Positions 21,585 through 31,072 of a stretch of 64,000 nt of DNA are shown piece by piece. Both the position numbers and the translations under genes were made by a program. Source of the DNA: Anaerohalosphaeraceae bacterium (GTDB lineage Bacteria > Planctomycetota > Phycisphaerae > Sedimentisphaerales > Anaerohalosphaeraceae); the NCBI GenBank assembly GCA_963675525.2, contig CAXXSL010000013.1:448001-512000 (forward strand), given 5' to 3'. The notes under the pieces are model-generated. The model worked only from the letters and a program-made list of their open reading frames with translations. It was not told the origin of the DNA and did not search any database. Numbering within the stretch: position 1 is the first letter of the stretch; each line of letters starts with the position of its first letter.

Positions 21585-23672
21585 ATGTCTATATCACAAG
21601 AAAATTTACTCCAGAGTGACCGCTCCAATACGAACTGCAATATTGTTCTGGCTGTGGGACTCGTCATTGTGTTGACCACTCTGATCATCCCGTTGCCAAC
21701 ATTTCTGCTGGATGGACTCTTAGCCTGCAGTATCGCCAGTTCTATCCTCGTACTGGTCATTACCCTGTCATCCCGCGAAGCGCTTGAGTTGTCTTCCTTT
21801 CCCTCACTGTTGCTATTTGTCACACTGTTTAGACTCTCACTGAACGTCGCCTCGACAAGACTGATCCTCACAGAGGGAACGGCCGGAAAAATTATCCAAA
21901 CGTTCGGCGGACTTGTTGCCGGCGGCAGCGTTGTAACGGGCCTGGTCATCTTCTTGATTTTGGTCATCATTCAGTTTGTCGTTATTACAAAAGGTGCCGA
22001 GCGTGTCAGCGAGGTTTCTGCACGCTTTACTCTGGATGCGATGCCGGGCAAACAAATGGCAATTGACGCGGATTTAAACGCCGGCTCGATCACCGAAGAA
22101 CAGGCCAATGAACGACGCAGAAAGATCGTGAAAGAAAGCGAATTTTACGGAGCCATGGATGGTTCGAGCAAGTTCATTCGCGGAGATGCCAAAGCCGGTT
22201 TGATCATTACAGCCATCAATATCGTCGGCGGCATCGCCATCGGCTACTCAAAAGGAATGGATGTTTACACGGCATTAAAAACCTATTCAATCTTATCGAT
22301 TGGTGACGGCCTTGTCAGTCAGATCCCTTCGATCATTATCTCAATCAGCTCCGGTTTCCTGGTCACCAAAATCTCAAGCAGTCATAGTGTGGGTAAAGAC
22401 TTGTCGAAACAATTCCTGAAAACACCCCAACCGCTGATCATTGCGTCCGTTATTATCGCAGCGATTGCGATCGTACCAGGTATGCCAAAAATCGCATTTC
22501 TGGCATTGGCTGGCGGAACAGGTCTTGTCGCAAAGCTTTTATCGAGAGAAAAACCACAAAAAAAGGAACAGCCAGACAAACAAGTCACAGGCAGGACACC
22601 CCAGAAGCCGGGATTTGAAGAATTGCTCGAAACCGACCGGATCAGTGTCCATGTCGGTGTCCGGCTTATCGGAATGGTAGACCCAACCAAAAATCACGGC
22701 TTTTATGACCGGATTGGATCACTGCGTCGTCGTTTCGCACAGGAATTCGGGATTATCGTACCGCTGGTACGCCTGCGAGACAGTATCACGCTGAAACCCA
22801 CCGAATATCATATCCGATTTCAGGACCACACCATTGCGGCCGGACAAATAGAACCCGATATGTTTTTGGCAATGAACCCGGGATCCGTTGACAAAAAGAT
22901 CGACGGAATCACGACAACCGAACCGGTTTACGGCCTTCCTGCCCTTTGGATCTCACAAGATAACCGGGAAGAGGCGGAATCCGCCGGATATACCGTTATT
23001 GACGCTGAATCCGTATTTATCACACATCTATCTGAAACATTAAAAAAGAATCTTCATGAGTTGTTGACCCGAGAAGATGTCCAGGAATTAATTGAATGTC
23101 ATCGAAAAAAACAGCCGTCATTGGTGGGGGAAGTGGTCGGTGATCTGGTTCCGGCCAGTCTGTTGCAGAGAATTCTGCGAAACCTGCTGGAAACCGGCCT
23201 GCCCATTCGTCAACTGACAACCATACTTGAAGCCCTGGCTGAACACGCAACAAAAACAAAAAATGCGGAGATATTGACCGAGCTTGTTCGAAAAGCCTTA
23301 TCCCGTACAATTACGGAAATGTACAAGAACTCGAATGGAAAGATCTCAGCTATCACTTTTGAACCGGAATTAGAGCATCAACTCGTCTCAACAATCCGCC
23401 ATGAGAAGGATACATCGACCGCCGCGATTCCTGTAGAAACCACACTGAATATCAGCCAGAAAATCGCACAGATATGGAAAGACGCCATGGACATGGGGCT
23501 TGAAAAGAATGTGCTGCTGTGTGATGCAAATCTTCGGCCCCATCTTGCAGGGATATTGAAAAAAGTCGTCCCTCAGTTACCAGTTGTTGCGTATGACGAA
23601 ATCACACCCGGAATTGAAATCGAACCATTACCGCAAACAATCTCGCTGGAGCAGATGGTAATGGCCGCTTAG
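21585..23672 (+). CDS. flhA: Flagellar export gate protein
   Basis: FPSLLLFVTLFRLSLNVASTRLIL; EVSARFTLDAMPGKQMAIDADL; FYGAMDG. Confidence 0.97.
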   Translation: MSISQENLLQSDRSNTNCNIVLAVGLVIVLTTLIIPLPTFLLDGLLACSIASSILVLVITLSSREALELSSFPSLLLFVTLFRLSLNVASTRLILTEGTAGKIIQTFGGLVAGGSVVTGLVIFLILVIIQFVVITKGAERVSEVSARFTLDAMPGKQMAIDADLNAGSITEEQANERRRKIVKESEFYGAMDGSSKFIRGDAKAGLIITAINIVGGIAIGYSKGMDVYTALKTYSILSIGDGLVSQIPSIIISISSGFLVTKISSSHSVGKDLSKQFLKTPQPLIIASVIIAAIAIVPGMPKIAFLALAGGTGLVAKLLSREKPQKKEQPDKQVTGRTPQKPGFEELLETDRISVHVGVRLIGMVDPTKNHGFYDRIGSLRRRFAQEFGIIVPLVRLRDSITLKPTEYHIRFQDHTIAAGQIEPDMFLAMNPGSVDKKIDGITTTEPVYGLPALWISQDNREEAESAGYTVIDAESVFITHLSETLKKNLHELLTREDVQELIECHRKKQPSLVGEVVGDLVPASLLQRILRNLLETGLPIRQLTTILEALAEHATKTKNAEILTELVRKALSRTITEMYKNSNGKISAITFEPELEHQLVSTIRHEKDTSTAAIPVETTLNISQKIAQIWKDAMDMGLEKNVLLCDANLRPHLAGILKKVVPQLPVVAYDEITPGIEIEPLPQTISLEQMVMAA

Positions 23673-23700
23673 GACATCATAGAAATGAAAGGATTCGTGA

Positions 23701-23934
23701 ATGCCGTTTGAAATTCGACAGGTCGCTGTCAGGATCGCCGTGCTGATGTTTTTTATTATTGCCTTTTTGGGATTCAGTAAAGGTGTCGCGCCTATTGAAT
23801 GCTGTAAGCGCGCGATCATTGGATCAATCATTATCTATCTCGTAACAGTTTATGCGGTCAAAGCGGTTAACTTTATCATTCTCAGTGCGGTACAGTCAAA
23901 ACAATCTTCTAAAAAGGTAAATGATGCTGTCTGA
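23701..23934 (+). CDS. Small two-TM membrane protein
   Basis: 77 aa, two hydrophobic helices, AAGGA RBS, overlaps the fliA start. Confidence 0.65.
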   Translation: MPFEIRQVAVRIAVLMFFIIAFLGFSKGVAPIECCKRAIIGSIIIYLVTVYAVKAVNFIILSAVQSKQSSKKVNDAV

Positions 23935-24727
23935 ACAACTGGAAAAGCAATCTCAATCTCCTTCCTCAGACAACCCGGCAGGGCTGCTGAATGCCGCTAT
24001 CCGCGCTTATACCGACCCCGCCAGCCGACACATTTCAGATGAACAAATTAATGATTATTTGCCGCTGGTCTCAAGAATTGCCCGGCGGGTCGTTTCCTAT
24101 TTACCGTCACCGTTAACATTTGAAGACCTTGTCTCAGCCGGTACACTTGGATTGGTCATGGCAGCGCGTAACTACAATCCGACTCAAAATGCTGAGTTCA
24201 AAACCTATGCGTTTATCAGAATTCGAGGCGCGATTCTTGATGAGTTAAAAAAATGGACCTTTGTTCCCGCTGAAACCTCACAGAAGATAGCCCGCCTGTT
24301 CAGAGCTGCTCGAGAAATCATGGAAACAACTGGCTCTGTCCCCACCGATGAACAACTTGCCGAAGCCATTGAAACATCGGTTGAGGAGGTCTTAAAGCTG
24401 CATCAGAAGTCTCGTGCACAACAGTTTTTATCCCTCAATCATGAAAATGACCAAATTTCAGGATTTCTCAACATTCTATCCGGCGATACCTTGGTTCCGG
24501 GCAAACAGATGGAAACACACGAACTTATTGAGAAAGTTGCTGAAGCGATCCAGTCGCTGTCCGAAAAAAAACGGCAGATCATTCTGCTCTATTATCATAA
24601 AGAACTCACAATGAAAGAAATTGCCGAAGTCTTTGAGATCACCGAATCCAGGGTGAGCCAACTTCATGCGGCGGCGTTATTTGACCTATCCCTTAAATTA
24701 AAAGAATACAAGAATTCTGACGACTGA
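23921..24727 (+). CDS. fliA: Flagellar sigma factor sigma28
   Basis: YLPLV; EDLVSAGTLGL; FKTYAFIRIRGAILDEL; LTMKEIAEV..TESRVSQLH. Confidence 0.95.
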   Translation: MMLSEQLEKQSQSPSSDNPAGLLNAAIRAYTDPASRHISDEQINDYLPLVSRIARRVVSYLPSPLTFEDLVSAGTLGLVMAARNYNPTQNAEFKTYAFIRIRGAILDELKKWTFVPAETSQKIARLFRAAREIMETTGSVPTDEQLAEAIETSVEEVLKLHQKSRAQQFLSLNHENDQISGFLNILSGDTLVPGKQMETHELIEKVAEAIQSLSEKKRQIILLYYHKELTMKEIAEVFEITESRVSQLHAAALFDLSLKLKEYKNSDD

Positions 24728-24801
24728 TAACAAGCCTGCAGCCCGGAAGCCGGGCCGCGCGGAAGCCATAACTATTAAACACGAATATTGAGAAATAAAA
24801 T

Positions 24802-25017
24802 ATGACACAGATTATAAAAGCAAAGGACAATGCCGTACAGGGTGGTTTTAAGATCGCGCTGAATATGCCGGTCGGCGATACGGCGCAACCATTACCGCAG
24901 TCTGTCTCTCATACATCCGAACCGCATGCCGCAATCGTTCAAGCCACCGATCAGTTTGCGGTTATCGAGGTTACCTGTACCTGCGGTAATAAAGTATCGA
25001 TCAAATGTGAATTCTAA
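24802..25017 (+). CDS. Small hypothetical protein with a Cys-containing C-terminus
   Basis: 71 aa ending IEVTCTCGNKVSIKCEF; fills the operon gap. Confidence 0.6.
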   Translation: MTQIIKAKDNAVQGGFKIALNMPVGDTAQPLPQSVSHTSEPHAAIVQATDQFAVIEVTCTCGNKVSIKCEF

Positions 25018-25043
25018 TTCTGTTGTTTGAAAGGATGTTTAAA

Positions 25044-25625
25044 ATGCGATTATTGAAGCTGATTTTCTGGTTTCTGCTGATAACCGGCTGCGGAATGCTG
25101 TGCTCGTGCGATGAAAACTGGAAACTCCTCCCCCAGTCGGTCCTTCAAGGGCCGCCACAACCGGAACTTCCGCCGGCAGTTAAATCTGAACAAATTATTG
25201 TTGGCGAAAACAATCGATACAATAATTACTCGGAAAATATCACCCTGGTTGAAAAAGCCAAACAACTCTCCGATAAATGCGATAAAATGACACAGGAACT
25301 GCAGCAGGAACAAAAAATCAATCAACAACTTAAAGAGGAAAACATCCTCCTGAAAACCGAAACCGCCGCACTTAAGAAAGAACTGAATCAAACCAACGAA
25401 TTATTGATCAACACCCGAGTCGAACTTGATGAGTGGAAATCGGAAACCGCCCGCTTCCATGACGAGATTCGTTTCATCGAAAAATCCCAACTGGAGGCGA
25501 TTTACCGCATTCTTAAGCAGCTTGGTGGCAAAGAACCTGACTCTGAGGAGTTAGGGTTAACGGACAACAATAAATCCCGTAACAAACCAGCAATGACAGA
25601 GGCAAAACATGAAGCTCAAAACTAA
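25044..25625 (+). CDS. Coiled-coil putative lipoprotein
   Basis: Signal peptide with Cys (LITGC/LCSC); long heptad region. Confidence 0.7.
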   Translation: MRLLKLIFWFLLITGCGMLCSCDENWKLLPQSVLQGPPQPELPPAVKSEQIIVGENNRYNNYSENITLVEKAKQLSDKCDKMTQELQQEQKINQQLKEENILLKTETAALKKELNQTNELLINTRVELDEWKSETARFHDEIRFIEKSQLEAIYRILKQLGGKEPDSEELGLTDNNKSRNKPAMTEAKHEAQN

Positions 25626-26262
25626 GTCTCTCCGGATCGCTACCCTGCTCGGTCTTTGCGTCCTTTTAAATGGCTGCTATTCGATCTATTTGGCTCCCGT
25701 CGATTTGGGAAAACCGTATTCCTTCTATCTCAACAAAAATGTCGATATCACATCCATTGGACGGATTACCCTTGTGGAACTGGAAGACGTTCCAAATGAT
25801 CCATCCTTAGCTACCTATGCGACAGATAGTCTTTTTCTGGCTATCCAGAAAAAACAGGTCTTCGGGGTAGACATTGTCCCGAAAAGCGATCCCAAATGGA
25901 AAATACTCAAGATCGAACAGAATCAAACATACACCATCGACCAGCTATCTGTTATGCACAAGACGATTCGCAATAACGCCATTCTCGTCGGAAACATTAC
26001 TCAATTTGAACCATACCCACACCTTATCATTGGTATAAAACTCAAAATAATTGATTTAAGAACATCTGATCTTGTGTGGGCCTTTGATCAAGTATGGGAC
26101 AGCAACGACCAAACAACAAAACAGAAAATTCGGCGATATTTAGAAAAACACCATGGCACCAACATTAACTCCATGAATGAACTGCTTGTAGCCAAAAGTT
26201 CCCGTCAGTTCGTCGATTTTATTTGTCATGAAATCGCCGGAACTCTCGAGAGCAATTATTGA
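25609..26262 (+). CDS. Putative lipoprotein, TolB-N/FlgO/CsgG-like fold
   Basis: Lipobox LNGC; AILVGNITQF..IGIKLKIIDLRTSDLVWA pattern. Confidence 0.65.
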   Translation: MKLKTKSLRIATLLGLCVLLNGCYSIYLAPVDLGKPYSFYLNKNVDITSIGRITLVELEDVPNDPSLATYATDSLFLAIQKKQVFGVDIVPKSDPKWKILKIEQNQTYTIDQLSVMHKTIRNNAILVGNITQFEPYPHLIIGIKLKIIDLRTSDLVWAFDQVWDSNDQTTKQKIRRYLEKHHGTNINSMNELLVAKSSRQFVDFICHEIAGTLESNY

Positions 26263-26366
26263 CGGAAAATGAAGAATAACCGATATAAATCAGTTTTTCG
26301 ATGGCATTAATCGTGATAATTGATAATATGACTCTGTTGTATCTTTGATGAAATTTAAAAAAATTG

Positions 26367-26393
26367 TTAAGTTTCCGAATTTTGTCACGATAA
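26367..26393 (+). promoter_or_regulatory. Sigma28 promoter upstream of flgM
   Basis: TTAAGTTT-N11-CACGATAA versus consensus TAAAGTTT-N11-GCCGATAA. Confidence 0.7.
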
Positions 26394-26538
26394 CAATAAT
26401 TGAGACGTTGGTTTATTGTTCTTTTAAATGGTGTTTTCAGTACTGATACATTGGTTTGGGTTCTTTAGTTATGAAATCCGCTGAATTCGTACGACATTTA
26501 AATGTCCGATAACCAGTCAATAGACCTGAAAGAAGATT

Positions 26539-26802
26539 ATGATAGAAATTACAAATAACAATAAGAAAATTGAAAATATTCTTCATGCCGCCCCTGCGCA
26601 ATCTCATCACCGTGAAAATGACGCCAATAAAGTTTATGCGAAAATTGATGTCCGGCTGCACCAGATGATTCAACAGGCCGTCCAGCAGGTTCCCGACCAA
26701 TCAAAAGTGGAAGAAGCTCGAAAGCTTCTGGCATCCAACCAGCTCGACACTCCCGAAAATATCCGCAAAGCGGCAGAAAACCTGATTAAACAAGGGCTGT
26801 AA
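26539..26802 (+). CDS. flgM: Anti-sigma28 factor-like protein
   Basis: 87 aa; C-terminal PDQSKVEEARKLLASNQL...AAENLI resembles FlgM; sigma28 promoter upstream. Confidence 0.6.
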   Translation: MIEITNNNKKIENILHAAPAQSHHRENDANKVYAKIDVRLHQMIQQAVQQVPDQSKVEEARKLLASNQLDTPENIRKAAENLIKQGL

Positions 26803-26989
26803 CAGACCACAAAAGACCGTTGTTCAGCAGGATTGACACACGAATTCTTTACCATCTCACCCCCCGAGTTTTTTTCTGAAAAACCTGATGCTTTTCTCTT
26901 CTTGGTGGGTTTTCAAAACAAAAACAACGGCCTTGGTGAACTCAATCACCAAGGCCGCAAGCTTCTCTCTAAAAAACCTAATTGATTGT

Positions 26990-28750
26990 TTAACCGCGGA
27001 AATACAAATATGCGGCAACAATCGCAACGAGAACAGCACAAGAGGCGATCACATCCCATTTATTCCAAGACGCGCGCGATTCCTTGCGGTCTTGGTCTGT
27101 GAGCGTCCCGTAGGTCAGACCGTTGATCTTGTCATAAACCGGTGCTTTCGTCATGTAACTGACAAGAATCATGACACCGATACAGACAAGAAAGATAACC
27201 AGGCTGTAGTATTGGAAGTACATGTTGTTTATGATCCAGAAGAATGAACCTTCCGCATATGAAAAGTCTTTTATCAGTTTGACGGGAGTATCGATACCCA
27301 ACCGGAAGAGGCCGAGGGCAAAACCGACAATCAACGCCCATAAGCACCCCTTGGCATTGAGCCGTTTCCAGAAGACGCCGAGGAAAAAGACGACGAAAAT
27401 CGGCGGGGCCAGATACGATTGAATCCCCTGCAAATAGTCATACAATCCCTTGCCGCCCCTAATGACGGGTATCCAGGCTAATCCGATAAGCACCATGACC
27501 CCCGTGGCGACACGACCAACCCAGACAACCTGTTTCTGGGACGCCATGGGACGCAGTTTCGAATAGAAGTCGATGGTAAACAGCGCCGCAGACGCATTAA
27601 ACGCACCCGCCAACGAACTCATCAGTGCCGCGAGTAATCCGGCCACAACAACACCACGTATACCAATGGGCAGTACCTCCGCCACGAGCATGGGGAAAGC
27701 CTGTTGGGCATTATCGCGGATAAGTTCGCCGTTTTCAGAAAAGAATGCCTGTTCCAGGGCGGCATTCTGCCCGCTCTTGGCAAGGGCAAATGCGATCATA
27801 CCGGGAATAATGAAAATAAAGACCGGCAGCAACTTCAGCGCCGCCGAGCAGATGGAACCCCGACGTGCAACTTGTTCATTTTGTGCGCCAAGAACACGCT
27901 GAACAATATACTGATCCGTACACCAATACCACAAACCAATGATCGGTGCGCAGAAGAGCATACCGATCCAGGGATAGTTGTCGTTGAAGTACCACGCCAT
28001 GCGAGCGGTTTCCTTGACCGGTGCCCAAGTTGAAGCGACTCCTTCGGGCACAATCGGTTTCCATAGATTGAACATCTCCGAACCGGCCCATTCGCGTAAA
28101 GCACCCCATCCGCCGAGCGCTTTCAAACCGAAATACGTCACAAAAGCTGAACCGAGAACCAGGATCACCGTTTGGATCGCCGAGGTATAAGCAACCGCCC
28201 GCATGCCGCCCATGATCGTATAGATACCCGTCAGGACGATCACCGCAATCGAGCCTATCCAGAAACTGTCGAGGCCCATGAATGTCACATCGGGAATCAT
28301 CACGGCAAAGACCACACCGCCGGCAAAGATACCGACGGCCAGCTTCGTGAGCACATACGCAACCAGCGAAATGACCGAAAGAACGGCGCGGTTAACCGGT
28401 GAGAACCGTTTCTCGAGGAATTCCGGCATCGTAAAGACCTGTGATCGCATATAAAAGGGAACCAGTACCCAGGCCAAAACCAGCAGACACCACGCGTGCA
28501 ATTCATAGTGGGCCATGGCAACACCATCGGTAGCACCCGATCCGGCAAGCCCGACCAGATGTTCGGAACCGATGTTTGACGAGAAAACCGCCGCACCGAT
28601 CACCCACCATCCCAAATTACGGCCGGCAAGAAAATACTCGGTCGTCGTTTGTGACTGCTTTTCTTTCAGGTAAGCCCACCATGCAATCCCAAACACGATG
28701 GCAAAGTAACCCAGAATAACAAGCCAGTCTACCGCATGTAATGCCGTCAT
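26990..28750 (-). CDS. Sodium:solute symporter, probable arabinose uptake
   Basis: YFLAGR; SNIGSEHLVGLAGSG; WYWCTDQYIVQRVL; last gene of the ara operon. Confidence 0.92.
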   Translation of the reverse strand: MTALHAVDWLVILGYFAIVFGIAWWAYLKEKQSQTTTEYFLAGRNLGWWVIGAAVFSSNIGSEHLVGLAGSGATDGVAMAHYELHAWCLLVLAWVLVPFYMRSQVFTMPEFLEKRFSPVNRAVLSVISLVAYVLTKLAVGIFAGGVVFAVMIPDVTFMGLDSFWIGSIAVIVLTGIYTIMGGMRAVAYTSAIQTVILVLGSAFVTYFGLKALGGWGALREWAGSEMFNLWKPIVPEGVASTWAPVKETARMAWYFNDNYPWIGMLFCAPIIGLWYWCTDQYIVQRVLGAQNEQVARRGSICSAALKLLPVFIFIIPGMIAFALAKSGQNAALEQAFFSENGELIRDNAQQAFPMLVAEVLPIGIRGVVVAGLLAALMSSLAGAFNASAALFTIDFYSKLRPMASQKQVVWVGRVATGVMVLIGLAWIPVIRGGKGLYDYLQGIQSYLAPPIFVVFFLGVFWKRLNAKGCLWALIVGFALGLFRLGIDTPVKLIKDFSYAEGSFFWIINNMYFQYYSLVIFLVCIGVMILVSYMTKAPVYDKINGLTYGTLTDQDRKESRASWNKWDVIASCAVLVAIVAAYLYFRG

Positions 28751-28866
28751 ATTCAATCCTTTCAATAGAGTTTAAAAAACGATATCCACTAAACGAACGT
28801 AATTACTGCATCAAACCCAATCCATATGGACGCCAACAAATATGATCGTTTCCATATTTGATAATT

Positions 28867-30363
28867 CTACTTCAAGCCGTTAACGAGCATGTAATAGACC
28901 TCATTGGTTCGAATATCCTTTTTGAAATCACTGATCGTGGTATTTTTGTCGATCATCAGGGCTTCGATCCCCGCCATCTCAGCGAAATCTTCAATATGCT
29001 CTGCGGTCAGCGCCATGCTGAAACCGGTGTGGTGAGCACCCCCGGCGTGAATCCATGCGGCCGCAGCGGTCTTGAGATTCGGCATCGGTTGCCAAACAAC
29101 GCGAGCAACGGGAAGCTTCGGCAAGTCGGCATCCGGCTTAACGACTTTACAGGGATTGATCAGCATTCTGAACCGATTGCCCATGTCCATAATCGAGACA
29201 TTGATACCTGCACCCTGAGGAACATTAAACACGAGCCGCGGCGGGTCCGCCTTGCCGCCGATGCCAAGCGGGTGTACTTCCACCGATGCTTTGCCCGCGG
29301 CAATGGAGGGGCATACCTCCAGCATGTGTGCACCGAGTACTTTCATGCCCTTGGGGTCCAGATGATAGGTATAGTCTTCCATGAATGATGTTCCGCCCTT
29401 CAGTCCGGAGGCCATTACTTTCATGGCACGAACCAATGCGGCGGTTTTCCAGTCGCCCTCAGCACCGAAGCCGTATCCGTCAGCCATAAGCCGCTGAACA
29501 GGGAGGCCGGGGAGTTGGACCAGTCCATGCAAATCTTCGAAGGTGGTCGTAAAGGCCTTGAAGCCGCCCTTTTCGAGAAACTGTCTCATACCCGCTTCAA
29601 TCCGGGCCGTTTCACGGACACGCTGCAGTTGCGGCTTCGAAAGCGTCACTTTATAGGTTTTCTTGTATTGAGCTACCAACGCGGAAACCTGGGCCTCGGT
29701 CACCTTTTCGATGACAGCCACAAGATCGCCGATGCCGTAGCCATTGACGGAATAGCCGAATTTCTTCTGGGCTTCGACCTTATCGCCTTCGGTGACGGCA
29801 ACTTCCCGCATGTTGTCACCAAAACGCGCGACCTTCATGCCCTGCCAGTCATTCCACGCACACGCCGCACGCATCCAGACATCCAACTTGGCGACAACTT
29901 CCGGGTCCTGCCAATGGCCGACAACCACCTTGCGGTTTTTTCGCATCCGGCTGCAGATAAAGCCGAACTCGCGACCGCCGTGAGCCGACTGGTTAAGATT
30001 CATGAAATCCATGTCAATCGTTTTCCATGGGATGTCGCGATTAAACTGGGTGTGCAAATGTACAAACGGCTTCTGCAAAATGCCAAGCCCTGCAATCCAC
30101 ATCTTGGCGGGACTGAAGGTGTGCATCCATGTAATCAACCCCACACAATTCGGAGTGGTATTGGCTTTGACACAGATATCCGTAATTTCATCCGGCGTCG
30201 TAACAACGGGCTTGAAAACCACCTTGCAGGAAATTTTCGCTGATTTATTCAGGTACTCGGCGATTTTCTTCGAGTCCGCGTCAACCTGCTTCAGTGTTTC
30301 TTTTCCATATAAATCCTGACTTCCAGTTACAAACCATACTTCAAATTTTTTCAAATCAATCAT
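28867..30363 (-). CDS. araA: L-arabinose isomerase
   Basis: [53 protein letters not shown]. Confidence 0.98.
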   Translation of the reverse strand: MIDLKKFEVWFVTGSQDLYGKETLKQVDADSKKIAEYLNKSAKISCKVVFKPVVTTPDEITDICVKANTTPNCVGLITWMHTFSPAKMWIAGLGILQKPFVHLHTQFNRDIPWKTIDMDFMNLNQSAHGGREFGFICSRMRKNRKVVVGHWQDPEVVAKLDVWMRAACAWNDWQGMKVARFGDNMREVAVTEGDKVEAQKKFGYSVNGYGIGDLVAVIEKVTEAQVSALVAQYKKTYKVTLSKPQLQRVRETARIEAGMRQFLEKGGFKAFTTTFEDLHGLVQLPGLPVQRLMADGYGFGAEGDWKTAALVRAMKVMASGLKGGTSFMEDYTYHLDPKGMKVLGAHMLEVCPSIAAGKASVEVHPLGIGGKADPPRLVFNVPQGAGINVSIMDMGNRFRMLINPCKVVKPDADLPKLPVARVVWQPMPNLKTAAAAWIHAGGAHHTGFSMALTAEHIEDFAEMAGIEALMIDKNTTISDFKKDIRTNEVYYMLVNGLK

Positions 30364-30378
30364 TGTTTATTCCCCTAT

Positions 30379-31068
30379 TTAATGTTGTCCGTAATATGCG
30401 TTCTTTCCATGTTTTCGTAAATAATGTTTATCCAGCAGGCACTGGGCAATCGGTTTCAGCGGCGGATTCAGTATCACATCATTCAGTGCCATTTGTGCAA
30501 CCTGTTCCAGAACGACCGCAGATTCAACGGATTTCATGGGCGAGGCGCCCCATGTAAACGGGCCGTGATTGGCCACCAGTACCGCGGGCATCTGGTCGGG
30601 ATCTATGTCTTTAAAGGTCTCAACAATAACTTTGCCCGTATTCAGTTCGTAATCTGTCTCGATCTGATCGGAGGTCATTAACTTGGTCACCGGTATCGAA
30701 CCATAAAAATAATCAGCATGGGTCGTTCCCATACAGGGAATCGGCTGACAGGCTTGCGACCAACTTGTGGCATAGGTTGAATGGGTGTGGCATACGCCGC
30801 CGATATTTTTAAAGTTGCGATACAGTTCCAGGTGCGTTGCTGTATCGGAAGACGGACGAAGGTCTCCTTCGATAACCTTGCCGTCCAAATCCACCAGAAC
30901 GATCTTGTCCGGCGTCAACTCGTCATAGGACACGCCGCTGGGTTTAATCCCGATGATTCCTTTGGCCCGATCAATCCCGCTGACGTTTCCCCAACTGAAA
31001 ATAACCAGCGAATGGCGTTTCAGCTCAAGATTGGCCTCACATACCTTAATTTTCATGTCCTCGAGCAT
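30379..31068 (-). CDS. araD: L-ribulose-5-phosphate 4-epimerase
   Basis: WGNVSG; KPSG; PSSDTATH; HTHS; GTTHADYF; HYLRKHGKNAYYGQ. Confidence 0.98.
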   Translation of the reverse strand: MLEDMKIKVCEANLELKRHSLVIFSWGNVSGIDRAKGIIGIKPSGVSYDELTPDKIVLVDLDGKVIEGDLRPSSDTATHLELYRNFKNIGGVCHTHSTYATSWSQACQPIPCMGTTHADYFYGSIPVTKLMTSDQIETDYELNTGKVIVETFKDIDPDQMPAVLVANHGPFTWGASPMKSVESAVVLEQVAQMALNDVILNPPLKPIAQCLLDKHYLRKHGKNAYYGQH

Positions 31069-31072
31069 TCGA

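Noticed and set aside
26482..26512. Second sigma28 promoter (TCCGATAA)
   Set aside because: No properly spaced -35 element
29515..30243. Long antisense ORFs (also 58482..59372, 61150..61980, 39319..40065)
   Set aside because: Shadows of well-supported genes on the opposite strand
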